Position numbers and translations under genes: made by a program
NCBI GenBank assembly: GCA_947064765.1
Contig: CAMSWH010000001.1
Coordinates: 73-64,072 of the forward strand
DNA from: an uncultured Clostridium sp.
GTDB lineage: Bacteria > Bacillota > Clostridia > TANB77 > CAG-508
Length of the DNA stretch: 64,000 nucleotides
Reading direction: 5' to 3'
Notes under the pieces: model-generated
Databases searched by the model: none
What the model saw: only the letters and a program-made list of their open reading frames with translations
What the model was told of the DNA's origin: nothing
Part shown: positions 20,176 to 30,429 of the stretch, one piece after another
How positions within the stretch are numbered: the first letter of the stretch is position 1
Layout of the letters: each line of letters begins with the position of its first letter

Positions 20176-20883
20176 TTATTTTTCTCTTGCCCATATAATT
20201 ATTCTTCCGCTACTATCATCTGTACAAGTTTGTAAAGATATTTCTCTTTTTCCTTCTGTATCTCTTTTCATATATGAAGCATCATTTGGTGTTGTTTCAT
20301 ACATTTTATAAATTTCATATGTAATAGTTTCACCTTTTTGATCTGTAATTAATATTTTATCCCCTACTGCTAATTTTTTATTGTTTGAGAAAAATAAACC
20401 ATTTCTATAATTATGTCCAAATATTACTGTATTACCTACCTCATTTAGTCCTGGCCCATATGCTATTGTAACTGCAATCTCTAAACTTCTTTTTGCATTT
20501 GGTGATAAAACAGGATAATCAACTTTTGTTTTAGGTATTTGAATTCTTCCCATTACTTCATAACCTTCCATATAAACCTTTTCTGGTTCTGCTGGTTCTT
20601 CAACAGGCTCTTCTGGTTCAGGAGTTAAATTATTTAGTAATTCTTCAGGATTAGTTACATTTTCTAACTTATTTTCTTCATCATCTTTTTTCTTTAAATT
20701 TGATGTATCTCTTTTTATAGTAGTTGTTGCTTTTTCAAATTCTTCTAATGCTGTTTGAGCATTTGAATTTATCGCTTTAGAACTCAACATATCATATCCA
20801 AAATATCCAATTATTCCTAAAATTGCAACTATTAAAACTACTAGTATCATAGATAACAAATTACTATACTTATTATTAAACAT
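20176..20883 (-). CDS. srtA: Class A-like sortase (transpeptidase)
   Basis: N-terminal TM anchor and the catalytic triad context: FGHN (His), LQTCTD (TLxTC Cys), RIIIWAR (Arg). Confidence 0.75.
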   Translation of the reverse strand: MFNNKYSNLLSMILVVLIVAILGIIGYFGYDMLSSKAINSNAQTALEEFEKATTTIKRDTSNLKKKDDEENKLENVTNPEELLNNLTPEPEEPVEEPAEPEKVYMEGYEVMGRIQIPKTKVDYPVLSPNAKRSLEIAVTIAYGPGLNEVGNTVIFGHNYRNGLFFSNNKKLAVGDKILITDQKGETITYEIYKMYETTPNDASYMKRDTEGKREISLQTCTDDSSGRIIIWAREK

Positions 20884-21007
20884 ATCTATATATCTCCAAT
20901 CTTATAATTTACATAAACTCATATACATATATTATACCATAAACGACTTTTATTTTCAAATTTTTTAAATAAAAAGCAGAACTCAAAAGAGCTCTACTTT
21001 TTAACAT

Positions 21008-22759
21008 TTATTCTAAAATTGCTTTTATTCTTCTTACTCCTGATGAAGAAGCTTCTTCTTTTTTTATTTTAAAATGTCCCAAAGTACCTGTTCTCTCAAC
21101 ATGAGGACCACCACAAAGTTCTATAGATACCTCTCCAATTTTATATACAGTTACTATATCACCATATTTATCTAAAAACATTGCTTCAGCTCCCATACTG
21201 ATTGCTTCTTCTTTTTTCATTTCTAATTTTTCAACAAGAATATCTTGTTTTATATATTCATTGACTAAATCTTCAACTTTTTGTTTTTCTTCATCTGTCA
21301 TTTTAGCACTATGTGAAAAGTCAAATCTCATTCTCTCTGATGTTATATTACTTCCTTTTTGATGTACATGATCTCCTAAAACTACTTTTAATGCTGCATT
21401 TAAAAGATGTGTCGCTGTATGATATTTAGTTTCAATTTCACCTGTTGATGCTAGTCCACCTTTAAATTTTTGCTCACTTCCAAGTCTTGATTTTTCTTGG
21501 TGCTCTTCAAATAATTTTTGATAATCAGACATATCAACTTCTAGTCCTTCTTCTTTTGCTAGTTCTTCTGTCATTTCTGGTGGAAATCCATAAGTTTCAT
21601 AAAGATTAAATACAGCTTCTGTATCTAAAACTTTCTTTCCAGCATTTCTTGTTTTATTTGCAACTTTTTCAAATTCTCTTTCTCCATTTTGAAGTGTTTT
21701 TACAAATTTATCTTTTTCTTCTATAATAACATTTTTTATTGTTTCTTTATTGGCTTCTAATTCTGGATATAATTCTTTTAAGCTTTCAATTGATGTATCA
21801 ATGATTTCTGGTAATTTATTTAAATCGATTTCTAATTTATTTAAATGTCTTGTCATTCTACGTAGTAATCTTCTTAAAATATATCCTCTATCTACATTAC
21901 TTGGTCTACCACCATCATTTATTATCATCATACTAGAACGTAAATGTTCTGCTACAATTCTTCTACTTTGGATATTATCTACTTTTTGTAATTCTACTAA
22001 TTTTTCCATTACAGGTGCAAATAGTTCTATTTCAAAAGGTGTTTCTTTTCCTTGTAATAACATTGTCATTCTTTCTAGTCCTAAACCTGTATCAACATTT
22101 TGTTGTTTTAGTTTTGAATATCCATTTTTATCTTTATAAAATTCCATGAAAACATTGTTCCAAATTTCTACATATTTTCCGCAACCACAAGATGGATTAC
22201 ATTCATCAGAACATTTTGGTTTTCCTGTATCATAAAACATTTCTGTATCTGGTCCGCAAGGTCCTTCTTCTCCTGCTATCCACCAGTTATCATCTTTTCC
22301 AAAGAAATATATTCTTTCGTCAGGTATTCCTGCTTTTTTCCATGCTTCATATGCTACTTCATCTTTTCCACAGTCTTCATCTCCTGCAAAACATGTAACA
22401 GATAATTTTTCTGCTGGAATTTCTAATTCTTTAGTTAAAAATTCATAACTCATTGCTATTGATTCTTCTTTAAAATAATCTCCTAAAGACCAGTTACCAA
22501 GCATTTCAAAATATGTTAAGTGACGATTGTCTCCAACTTCATCAATATCGTTTGTTCTAACACATTTTTGAAAATCTGTTAATCTTGTTCCTGATGGATG
22601 TTTTTGTCCTAAAAGATATGGTACTAATGGTTGCATTCCAGCTGTTGTAAATAAAACAGATGGATCGTTTTCTGGAATTACTGGTGCTGATGGAATTACA
22701 CTATGACCATGATTTTTAAAAAAATTTAAGTATTTATTTCTTATTTCAATTGCTTTCAT
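21008..22759 (-). CDS. alaS: Alanine--tRNA ligase, unusually short form (583 aa) with catalytic and editing domains but no C-Ala domain
   Basis: FEMLGNWSLGDYFK (motif 2 region) and DTGLGLERM (motif 3); editing-domain zinc motifs HTATHLL and CGGPHV. The ORF stops about 30 residues after CGGPH, and only 124 nt remain before the next gene. Confidence 0.8.
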   Translation of the reverse strand: MKAIEIRNKYLNFFKNHGHSVIPSAPVIPENDPSVLFTTAGMQPLVPYLLGQKHPSGTRLTDFQKCVRTNDIDEVGDNRHLTYFEMLGNWSLGDYFKEESIAMSYEFLTKELEIPAEKLSVTCFAGDEDCGKDEVAYEAWKKAGIPDERIYFFGKDDNWWIAGEEGPCGPDTEMFYDTGKPKCSDECNPSCGCGKYVEIWNNVFMEFYKDKNGYSKLKQQNVDTGLGLERMTMLLQGKETPFEIELFAPVMEKLVELQKVDNIQSRRIVAEHLRSSMMIINDGGRPSNVDRGYILRRLLRRMTRHLNKLEIDLNKLPEIIDTSIESLKELYPELEANKETIKNVIIEEKDKFVKTLQNGEREFEKVANKTRNAGKKVLDTEAVFNLYETYGFPPEMTEELAKEEGLEVDMSDYQKLFEEHQEKSRLGSEQKFKGGLASTGEIETKYHTATHLLNAALKVVLGDHVHQKGSNITSERMRFDFSHSAKMTDEEKQKVEDLVNEYIKQDILVEKLEMKKEEAISMGAEAMFLDKYGDIVTVYKIGEVSIELCGGPHVERTGTLGHFKIKKEEASSSGVRRIKAILE

Positions 22760-23094
22760 TTTTTATTGTCCTTATCTATTATATTTAGGTTTTTAGTTAT
22801 CATAGGTTTTACCTATAAACCTTTTTTATAAAAATAATATTAATTACATTTTAATGTTTGTAATTATATTATAAAATCGTATATTTTTCAAGTCTTTATG
22901 TTAATAATGTATCTATTTTTTACTTCATTTTCCTACTTGAAAATTATTAATAAATTTTATAATTAGCAGCAAGTTTTATTAAATTGACAAGGCCACCACA
23001 TAGAAATATCTACGTGGTGGCCAAAAGTAGCTTATCCTTTCAAAAAAAACTAATTAACCAAAGCTCTCAGATTTGACGGTTTCAGGCTCTTATT

Positions 23095-24792
23095 TCACTT
23101 CGGCACGTTATTTTTCGGTCCGCAAGGAATCTGTCCTTCAACAATATAGCAATAAAGGTTTATCAGAAGAGACATTTTCCTCATTTCGCCTTTCTTAGCC
23201 ATTCCGCGCTTAAGACTAAGAAGTTTATTCTCAATGATCGGCATATCTACTTTTTCCAAATCAAAATACATTTCAACATACTCCAGATCAAATCCAATTA
23301 ACGACTTCAGTTTTTCCTCATCAATCTCTCCTGTCGCAAACTTTGCGAATGCACTTTCGTTTGCTGGAATAAGGAATTCATTTACAAGTTCCCTTAGCTT
23401 GTCTCCATCTGTTGCACCATTCTGCACAGCAAATCTGATAGCCGCTTCTTCGGTTGTTTCCGGCTTGATAAACTGTAAAACTTCTTCTTCATATTCCTTA
23501 TCTATTGCAAGTTCTGTTTTCAGCTCTTCTCCCGAAATTTCTCCCTTCAGATATAGCATCAACACCTTTCCACTATCCTTTTTTATTAAAAGATCCGCAA
23601 TTTCAAATTCGCGCGTTATATCAGTTGACGCTGTTATATATCCCATTTCATTTGAAAATTTGATTGCGGAAAAGAACCTCCCAACTTCCATTTTTCTTGT
23701 CTTAGGAAGCTCATCATCTCCAATATACTTTACATTAAAAATAAAGTTTTCTTTTGCAAGATACTCAAAGAAATATATAAATCTTTCTTTTTCAATCTCG
23801 CCGGAAATGTCCAAATCCTCTACAACATAATAATATGGAAAGTTTTTCATAACAATTCTTGAGCCCTCAAAAACTTTCAGCATCCGTTCCATCTGCTGGC
23901 AAAACTTTATATCTGTGTTCTTTAATGTCTGATACACATAATAAAGCATTCCTAAATCCCAATCAGCAAATATCTGCTTGCAAGAAAACAGCTCGACCGG
24001 ATACACTCCTGGCTCTGTGTGAATCTTCATTTTTAACTTCCTTACACTGGAAAAGCTTTGGTTCAATGATGCCTTGTTCTCAGAAACAAACCGATCTTTA
24101 TCCAACTTAAGCTCGGCAAACTCTAATAGTTCTTTTCTGAGCTTCTTATCTACCTTACGAATCTCATTTGCCACAGCATCATAAAGAATTCCATCTTCAT
24201 TGTATGGACTTATCTTATACTCATACAAGAAGAACATTTCCTCTGGATAGAAGCTCTTTCTGCTATTGTTTTCTAAAGCAAGAGAGTCCTTCACTATTCG
24301 TACTGGTTCATGTCCTTCATAAGTAATCACGCTGTAGTCCTCGGCAAAAAAATGATAATCGCTAAAAATAATCATATAAGCTCTCAATAATTTTGCCTTT
24401 TCCAGTTCCGTCATTTCTTCGGGCGCTCCCCAAAGTCTCTTCGCAGTATTTTTCATCAATTCCTTATAGCCTACAAGATAATACAGTGCATTTTCAATTG
24501 TACGAAGTTTTGAAACCAATGCCATAATATCCGCTGGTTTCGCCGTTGATTTTCCTGTAGCACCAATACCAAAATATTTCTTTACTTTGCTAAAGTCAGC
24601 TTTTCCTAAAGTATCCTCAAAAACAGGAAAAGCCTCTTCAACAATCATCTTAATATCAATTTTATTTTGCCCCCCTTCTGGAACAAGCGCCTCATAGAAT
24701 TTCACAATTGCTTTTTCATCACTTTGTGAAACCTTTTCATAAGACACTACCTTCCGTGCCTGAAGCGGTGCTTTGGGTAAGAAATTCTTCAT
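23095..24792 (-). CDS. Hypothetical protein (565 aa) encoded in a GC-elevated island
   Basis: The start was set at MKNFLP because AAGGAGGG lies 7 nt upstream; the longer ORF to 24912 has no RBS. There is a possible Walker-A-like GIGATGKST and otherwise no recognisable domains. A GC-rich hairpin GGCCACCAC...GTGGTGGCC lies downstream (about 22992-23023). Confidence 0.5.
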   Translation of the reverse strand: MKNFLPKAPLQARKVVSYEKVSQSDEKAIVKFYEALVPEGGQNKIDIKMIVEEAFPVFEDTLGKADFSKVKKYFGIGATGKSTAKPADIMALVSKLRTIENALYYLVGYKELMKNTAKRLWGAPEEMTELEKAKLLRAYMIIFSDYHFFAEDYSVITYEGHEPVRIVKDSLALENNSRKSFYPEEMFFLYEYKISPYNEDGILYDAVANEIRKVDKKLRKELLEFAELKLDKDRFVSENKASLNQSFSSVRKLKMKIHTEPGVYPVELFSCKQIFADWDLGMLYYVYQTLKNTDIKFCQQMERMLKVFEGSRIVMKNFPYYYVVEDLDISGEIEKERFIYFFEYLAKENFIFNVKYIGDDELPKTRKMEVGRFFSAIKFSNEMGYITASTDITREFEIADLLIKKDSGKVLMLYLKGEISGEELKTELAIDKEYEEEVLQFIKPETTEEAAIRFAVQNGATDGDKLRELVNEFLIPANESAFAKFATGEIDEEKLKSLIGFDLEYVEMYFDLEKVDMPIIENKLLSLKRGMAKKGEMRKMSLLINLYCYIVEGQIPCGPKNNVPK

Positions 24793-25122
24793 AGGCATCC
24801 CTCCTTGAGTTTTTTGTTTTCTGCTACTTGTTGCCATGTCTCTTTCTTTCCTTTCTACTATTTTGTTTTCAATGTTCATGAACACATTACTACTTTTTTT
24901 GTAACTAGTCATACATTTTTATTTTTTCATGTTATGTTAACTTTTGCAATATAAAAATTTAAAAAGTACAGAACGCAAATTATTACGCATTCTGTACTCT
25001 TTTTCTTTCACAATAAAATCTTGTGTGTCTCGGTTTACATTACTTTCGAATTATTCCTCGCTGGCTTCTGCTTTTTTAGATAGTCCATTCTCATTTCAAG
25101 AATCATTTTCAGATATGTTTTA

Positions 25123-25689
25123 CTATTCTTCAGATTCGTCAGAGGAAAAAGCCGTAAAGGGAATCATTGCCTCAACTCCACACAGCATCTGAATAAAAGC
25201 TGCAACTGATTCAGGCATTCCTTCAGGAACAAAATTTCTGTATATTTGCATCATAAACTTATGGCTATTTCTTTCTACCATAGCACTGCAAATATCATTG
25301 ATATCTTCTATTCCTTTTACCTGAATAGATTCTTTGACCATTTTAATAATCAGTGCCTGTGCTTTCACATCATCAGTAAGGTGAAGAACCATCTCGATAG
25401 AATCTGCAAAATTCACCTTGAATGATGCTATAACATCTTCTGCTATGCATTCTTTATTCTGTTCAAATTCATTTCTTAATGTGTTAGCTGCAAGTTTTAC
25501 ATTAGAATCAGGTGCACTTTTCTCCATTTTTTTCATCTGAACAATCAGATCCTCTGTTGCCAGATTGATTCTGTCCTTTACTTGTTCGGATTCCAGAAAA
25601 GCATTTACTTCTTCATACAGCCCTTTCTGCCGGAAAAATTTATCTTTTTCTTCCAACAATTTTTGTAGTTCCTTTTGTTCTTCGTTCAT
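25123..25689 (-). CDS. Hypothetical protein (188 aa), partner of the 565-aa gene in the GC-elevated island
   Basis: An AAGAGAGG RBS lies 7 nt before the ATG. It is acidic and helical, and a hairpin with flanking A/T tracts follows it (about 24961-24998). Confidence 0.5.
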   Translation of the reverse strand: MNEEQKELQKLLEEKDKFFRQKGLYEEVNAFLESEQVKDRINLATEDLIVQMKKMEKSAPDSNVKLAANTLRNEFEQNKECIAEDVIASFKVNFADSIEMVLHLTDDVKAQALIIKMVKESIQVKGIEDINDICSAMVERNSHKFMMQIYRNFVPEGMPESVAAFIQMLCGVEAMIPFTAFSSDESEE

Positions 25690-25982
25690 AATGATACCTC
25701 TCTTTTCATCTATATTGTAAGCTCATGCATACATTTTTATTATAACACCAACTCAAAACTTATGTCAACCGCATTATTTTATCTATTTTCTATTATATAA
25801 ATTAGTAAAATTTTTCTATTATACGAATATTATATAAATTTCATATAATAGAAAAAAAGTGGATAATATTTAATAGAAAATCTGAAGAACTTTTCTACTA
25901 AATAAAAAAGATTAAAATTGCTAACATATTTCATAACAATTTTAATCTTCTCTATTTTACTTTTTTATAATTTCTATTTTTA

Positions 25983-26492
25983 TTAATATTCTTTTCCAAA
26001 TAAATTTTTATATTCTAATAAAACTTTATTTTGTAATTCTCCTACATAGTCTTTAGTTTTTCCTTCAAAATCCGTAATACTATAAAATTCTTCTAATCCA
26101 GCATCTTGATTTGAATATAATGGTTGTTTTAAAACAGAACATTTATATTCCTCTGCTTTTCCATCATTTTTTTCAACTCCATCTCCCCAATAATATAGTT
26201 TTCCTAAATAATATTTAGAGAAAACATTATCTGCTTTAGCTGATTTTTCAAAATATTCTTTTGCTTTTAAGTGATTAGTTTCTACTCCATTACCATTATA
26301 ATAGATTTTTCCTAAAAAATAATTTGAACCTTCTGATCCTCTTTCTGCTGCAACTTCAAAATATCCTCTTGCTTTTTCAAAGTCAACTCCTACTCCAGTT
26401 CCATTATAATAGATTTTCCCTAACTCATAAATCGCACCAACATCTCCATTTTTTGCTAATCCTTCAAGTTCCTTGATATCTTTAGTACTCAT
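25983..26492 (-). CDS. Sel1-like / TPR repeat protein
   Basis: Repeated GKIYYNGxGVxxxxxKAxEYFEKxA units. Confidence 0.65.
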   Translation of the reverse strand: MSTKDIKELEGLAKNGDVGAIYELGKIYYNGTGVGVDFEKARGYFEVAAERGSEGSNYFLGKIYYNGNGVETNHLKAKEYFEKSAKADNVFSKYYLGKLYYWGDGVEKNDGKAEEYKCSVLKQPLYSNQDAGLEEFYSITDFEGKTKDYVGELQNKVLLEYKNLFGKEY

Positions 26493-26838
26493 AATTTATC
26501 CTCCAACAACATCTTATAATTTTCGCCAATTATCTTTTTTATTATAGAGATTTTACCATTTTTTGTTTTTTTTTACTATAAATTTTCTATTACATTACTA
26601 ATACAAATTGAATACAAAATAGAGAACATTATGAAAATTGTAAATGTCTTATTTTGCATTCTACATGCACACATTTACATAGTAAATTTATGTACAATTT
26701 TGCCAAAGACTTTATATTATAGAAATTTCATAGCAATTTTCTATAATATAAAAGATTAGAACTATCTTATAATTCTAATCTTTTACTTTATTAAATATAG
26801 TACAAAACTAAATCTAAAATATATAAATGATTTACTAT

Positions 26839-27393
26839 TTAAATTTCTAAATGCGTCCCTAAAAAACCTGCTGCTGATTGTGCAACTTTATCCTCTGCAT
26901 CTCCCATCTTTTGATTAGGTTCTTTTGATAATAAAATTACACTTCCCACAACATCTCCATCTGTTATTATTGGATATATAACTTGTGAATTATATATTCT
27001 TTCTCTACCTTCATTTTGAGTTATTGGAATAGCTATTTCGTTATTTTCTTTACTTTTGAAAATTTCTTTATTTTCCATTACTTCCTCTAACTCTTTACTT
27101 AAGTTTTTTTCTAAAAAGTCTTTTTTTGAACCACCAGAAACTGCTATAACTGTATCTTTATCTGTTATACATGCAATATGTCCTGTTGTTTTAGCTATAG
27201 TATCTGCATATGTGCTAGCAAATTCTGTAAGTTCACCTATTGGAGAATATTTTTTTAATATTATTTCTCCTTCTTTATCTGTGAATATTTCTAGTGGATC
27301 TCCTTCTTTTATTCTATGGACTTTTCTTATTTCTTTAGGAATAACAACTCTACCTAAATCATCTATTCTTCTTACAACACCTGTTGCTTTCAT
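26839..27393 (-). CDS. spoVT: Stage V sporulation protein T (AbrB-type N-domain plus GAF-like C-domain)
   Basis: MKATGVVRRIDDLGRVVIPKEIRKVHRIKEGDPLEIF is the SpoVT/AbrB swapped-hairpin domain; the 184-aa length is typical of SpoVT. Confidence 0.85.
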   Translation of the reverse strand: MKATGVVRRIDDLGRVVIPKEIRKVHRIKEGDPLEIFTDKEGEIILKKYSPIGELTEFASTYADTIAKTTGHIACITDKDTVIAVSGGSKKDFLEKNLSKELEEVMENKEIFKSKENNEIAIPITQNEGRERIYNSQVIYPIITDGDVVGSVILLSKEPNQKMGDAEDKVAQSAAGFLGTHLEI

Positions 27394-27766
27394 AAATTCC
27401 TCCTTATTTTGTATTTATACTTTTATTATGACAAATAAGGTAAAATTTATACATTTTTATATATTTTTTTTATTTAATATGAAAAATTTTAAAGAGTAAT
27501 ACTCTAAATTTGTATTACTCTTTATTTTATTCCTTAATTTACTACTATTTTTCCAAAATTTTTTTAATATATTTTTTATTTTTTGCTTTTTCCATCTGCT
27601 GAGCATTCCTTTATATTTGAGCATACATCATAAACATATTTCATACTAATTTATCTTCACTCTCTTGTAAAACTGGTGATACACCTTGGAAGTCATAATT
27701 TTTCAAACTTTTCAGATAATTTCATTTGTTTTCCTCTTTTTTTAGATAAATTTACATTTTTATAAT

Positions 27767-28192
27767 CTAATTTTTATTTTTTAAACTCATTTCACAATAT
27801 CTACATCTATAAACTTCTTTTTCTTTATCTGTTAAAATAAATATTTGATTTAAATCTTTTTCGATTGAAGTAATACATCTTGGATTATTACATTTTACCA
27901 CATTTACAACTTTTTCTGGTAAGCTTAATTTTCTTTTTTCAATTATTTTATCATTTTCAACAACATTTACAGTAATATTGTGATCAATAAATCCTAAAGT
28001 TTCTAAATTAATATCTATCTTTTTATCTATTTTTATAATATCTTTTTTTCCAGTTTTTTTGCTTTTAGCATTTGTTATAATTGCTACTTGACAATCTAGT
28101 TCATTTAAATGAAGCACTTCATATATTTTCATTCCTTTTCCAGCTTGAATATGATCTATTACATATCCGTTTTTTATACTATCAATATTCAT
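27767..28192 (-). CDS. pyrI: Aspartate carbamoyltransferase regulatory subunit
   Basis: Typical N-terminus [15 protein letters not shown] and a C-terminal zinc domain CNNPRC...CRYC. Confidence 0.9.
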   Translation of the reverse strand: MNIDSIKNGYVIDHIQAGKGMKIYEVLHLNELDCQVAIITNAKSKKTGKKDIIKIDKKIDINLETLGFIDHNITVNVVENDKIIEKRKLSLPEKVVNVVKCNNPRCITSIEKDLNQIFILTDKEKEVYRCRYCEMSLKNKN

Positions 28193-29106
28193 TATTTTAC
28201 CTCCAACATTTTTAATATTAGTGCCATTCTTATGTATTTTCCATATTCTGCTTGTTTAAAATAGCAAGCTCTTGAATCATCATCAACATCTGTTGAAATT
28301 TCATTTACTCTTGGTAATGGGTGCATTATACATAAATCTTTTTTAGCTTTTTTTAGTTTTTCTTTATTTAAAATATAATAATCTTTTAAACGAATATAAT
28401 CTGCTTCATTAAAAAATCTTTCTTTTTGAACTCTTGTCATATAAAGGATATCTAATTCTCCCATATATTCCTCTATATCTTTTGTTTCTACATATTCAAT
28501 ATTATTCTTTTCTAATACATCTCTTTTTATATATTCTGGAAGCTTTAATTCATCTGGTGAAATAAGTATAAATTTTATATTTTTATATCTTGACATTGCT
28601 GTAATTAAAGAATGTACAGTTCTACCAAATTTTAAATCTCCACAAAGTCCTACTGTTAAATTATCTAAACGACCTTTTTCACATTTTATTGTTAATAAAT
28701 CTGTTAATGTTTGTGTTGGATGATTATGTCCACCATCTCCTGCATTTATTATTGGCACATTTGATTTTAATGATGCAACATATGGAGCTCCTTCTTTTGG
28801 ATGTCTCATTACAATTATATCACTGTAAGCGCCTACCATTCGTATAGTATCTGATACAGTTTCTCCTTTCGAAACTGAAGTTGATGCTGCTTCTGAAAAG
28901 CCTAAAACTTGCCCACCTAATGAAATCATAGCTGATTCATGACTTAATCTTGTTCTTGTACTTGGTTCAAAAAATAAAGTAGCTAATATCTTACCATCAC
29001 ATTTATGAGAATATTTCTCTTTGTTACTGATAATATCTTTAGCTACTTCAATTAAATTATCAATTTCTTCTATTGATAAATCCTTTATATCAATTAAATG
29101 CTTCAT
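28192..29106 (-). CDS. pyrB: Aspartate carbamoyltransferase catalytic subunit
   Basis: STRTR carbamoyl-phosphate motif and the HPLPR motif; it overlaps the pyrI start in an ATGA arrangement. Confidence 0.95.
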   Translation of the reverse strand: MKHLIDIKDLSIEEIDNLIEVAKDIISNKEKYSHKCDGKILATLFFEPSTRTRLSHESAMISLGGQVLGFSEAASTSVSKGETVSDTIRMVGAYSDIIVMRHPKEGAPYVASLKSNVPIINAGDGGHNHPTQTLTDLLTIKCEKGRLDNLTVGLCGDLKFGRTVHSLITAMSRYKNIKFILISPDELKLPEYIKRDVLEKNNIEYVETKDIEEYMGELDILYMTRVQKERFFNEADYIRLKDYYILNKEKLKKAKKDLCIMHPLPRVNEISTDVDDDSRACYFKQAEYGKYIRMALILKMLEVK

Positions 29107-29466
29107 TTTTATTCTCCTTTAAATTTTTTCTTATTTTATCAAATTATATATGCTTTTGTAAATATATATACATAAAAAAGATAATTTAAAAATTAATCAT
29201 CCTTTTTTATATTTTAGGCAGTTCTACTATTAGGAGAATTTTTCTGTACAAGATAATTATAGCGAGCTTAGGATTTTCTTAAAAATTTGCATTTGTTAGA
29301 AAATCTTAAGCTCGCTTTTCATTTATTTTAATTTGGGGATTTTACTAAATTTTCTTGTTACTTGTTATCGTACAATGTTTATAATTTAAGAACCATCGCA
29401 TCTCTCCTCTCTCTTTAGTATGAGTTAATTTTATACAATGTTTCTTAAAATAACCTTAAAAAATTA

Positions 29467-30300
29467 TTAATATTTATATAAATTTCTTAATAATTTAATC
29501 TCTTTTTCGTATCCTTCTAGTTCATTTGGTGTTTCTAAAAAGAACGGTAAATTCTTAAGTTTTGGATGATTTATAATTTTTTCAAAAGCATCTATTCCTA
29601 TTGTACCTTCCCCAATTTTTTCGTGTCTATCTTTATGTGCTCCAATTTCATTTTTACTGTCATTTATATGAATTGCTTTTAATTTATCAATTCCTATTAC
29701 TTTATCGAATTCTTCCAAAACTCCATCTAAATTATTTACTATGTCATATCCAGCATCATTTACATGACAAGTATCTAAACACACTCCTACTTTTTCTTTT
29801 AAATTTACTCCATCTATAATTTGTTTTAATTCTTCAAAATTTCTTCCTATTTCTGATCCTTTTCCAGCCATTGTTTCTAATAATACTGTAGTAGTTTGCT
29901 CTTCTTTTATTACTTCATTTAAAATATCTATAATATATTTAATACCTACATCTGTACCTTGTCCTACATGACTTCCTGGATGAAAATTATATAAATTATT
30001 AGGTGTATATTCTAATCTTTCCAAATCATCTTTCATAGTTTCTTTAGCAAATTCTCTAATACTCTCATCTTTTGAAGCACAATTTAAAGTATATGGTGCA
30101 TGTGCTAAAATAACATCTATTCCTACTTCTTTAGATTTTTCTAGGAATAATTTTATATCATTTTCGTCTATATCTTTCGCTTTTCCACCTCTTGGATTTC
30201 TAGTAAAAAATTGAAAAGTATTTGCTCCTATCTTCTCGCTCTGATTTGCCATATCTAAATATCCTTTACTAGCTGATAAGTGACACCCTATTTTAAACAT
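29467..30300 (-). CDS. nfo: Endonuclease IV (AP endonuclease family 2)
   Basis: The N-terminal LSASKGY context, HAPYTLN and [12 protein letters not shown] are signatures of Nfo; 277 aa. Confidence 0.9.
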   Translation of the reverse strand: MFKIGCHLSASKGYLDMANQSEKIGANTFQFFTRNPRGGKAKDIDENDIKLFLEKSKEVGIDVILAHAPYTLNCASKDESIREFAKETMKDDLERLEYTPNNLYNFHPGSHVGQGTDVGIKYIIDILNEVIKEEQTTTVLLETMAGKGSEIGRNFEELKQIIDGVNLKEKVGVCLDTCHVNDAGYDIVNNLDGVLEEFDKVIGIDKLKAIHINDSKNEIGAHKDRHEKIGEGTIGIDAFEKIINHPKLKNLPFFLETPNELEGYEKEIKLLRNLYKY

Positions 30301-30429
30301 AATTCTATTCTTCCTAACTTTTATTTTAATTTCAAAACTTAAACTATTCTAATATACTTTTAGTACATTAGAATAGCTTAAATTTATACTATTATTTTCT
30401 AATTAATATATTATTTTTATAAAATTTAC

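Noticed and set aside
22760-23094. Possible T-box leader upstream of the short alaS
   Set aside because: I found no T-box consensus (AAnnnGGGTGGnACCGCG) on the coding strand. The only structured element is a GC-rich hairpin better explained as the terminator of the convergent 565-aa gene.
23234-24110. Plus-strand ORFs of 198 and 83 aa inside the 565-aa minus-strand gene
   Set aside because: They are Ser-rich antisense artefacts of the GC-richer coding region. There is no RBS, and the sense gene has far better coding signals.
27709-27741. 10-codon micro-ORF (MKLSEKFEKL) with a strong RBS between pyrI and spoVT
   Set aside because: It could be a leader peptide, but it is too short and isolated to support. 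There is no downstream attenuator structure and no link to an amino-acid-rich regulatory codon run.
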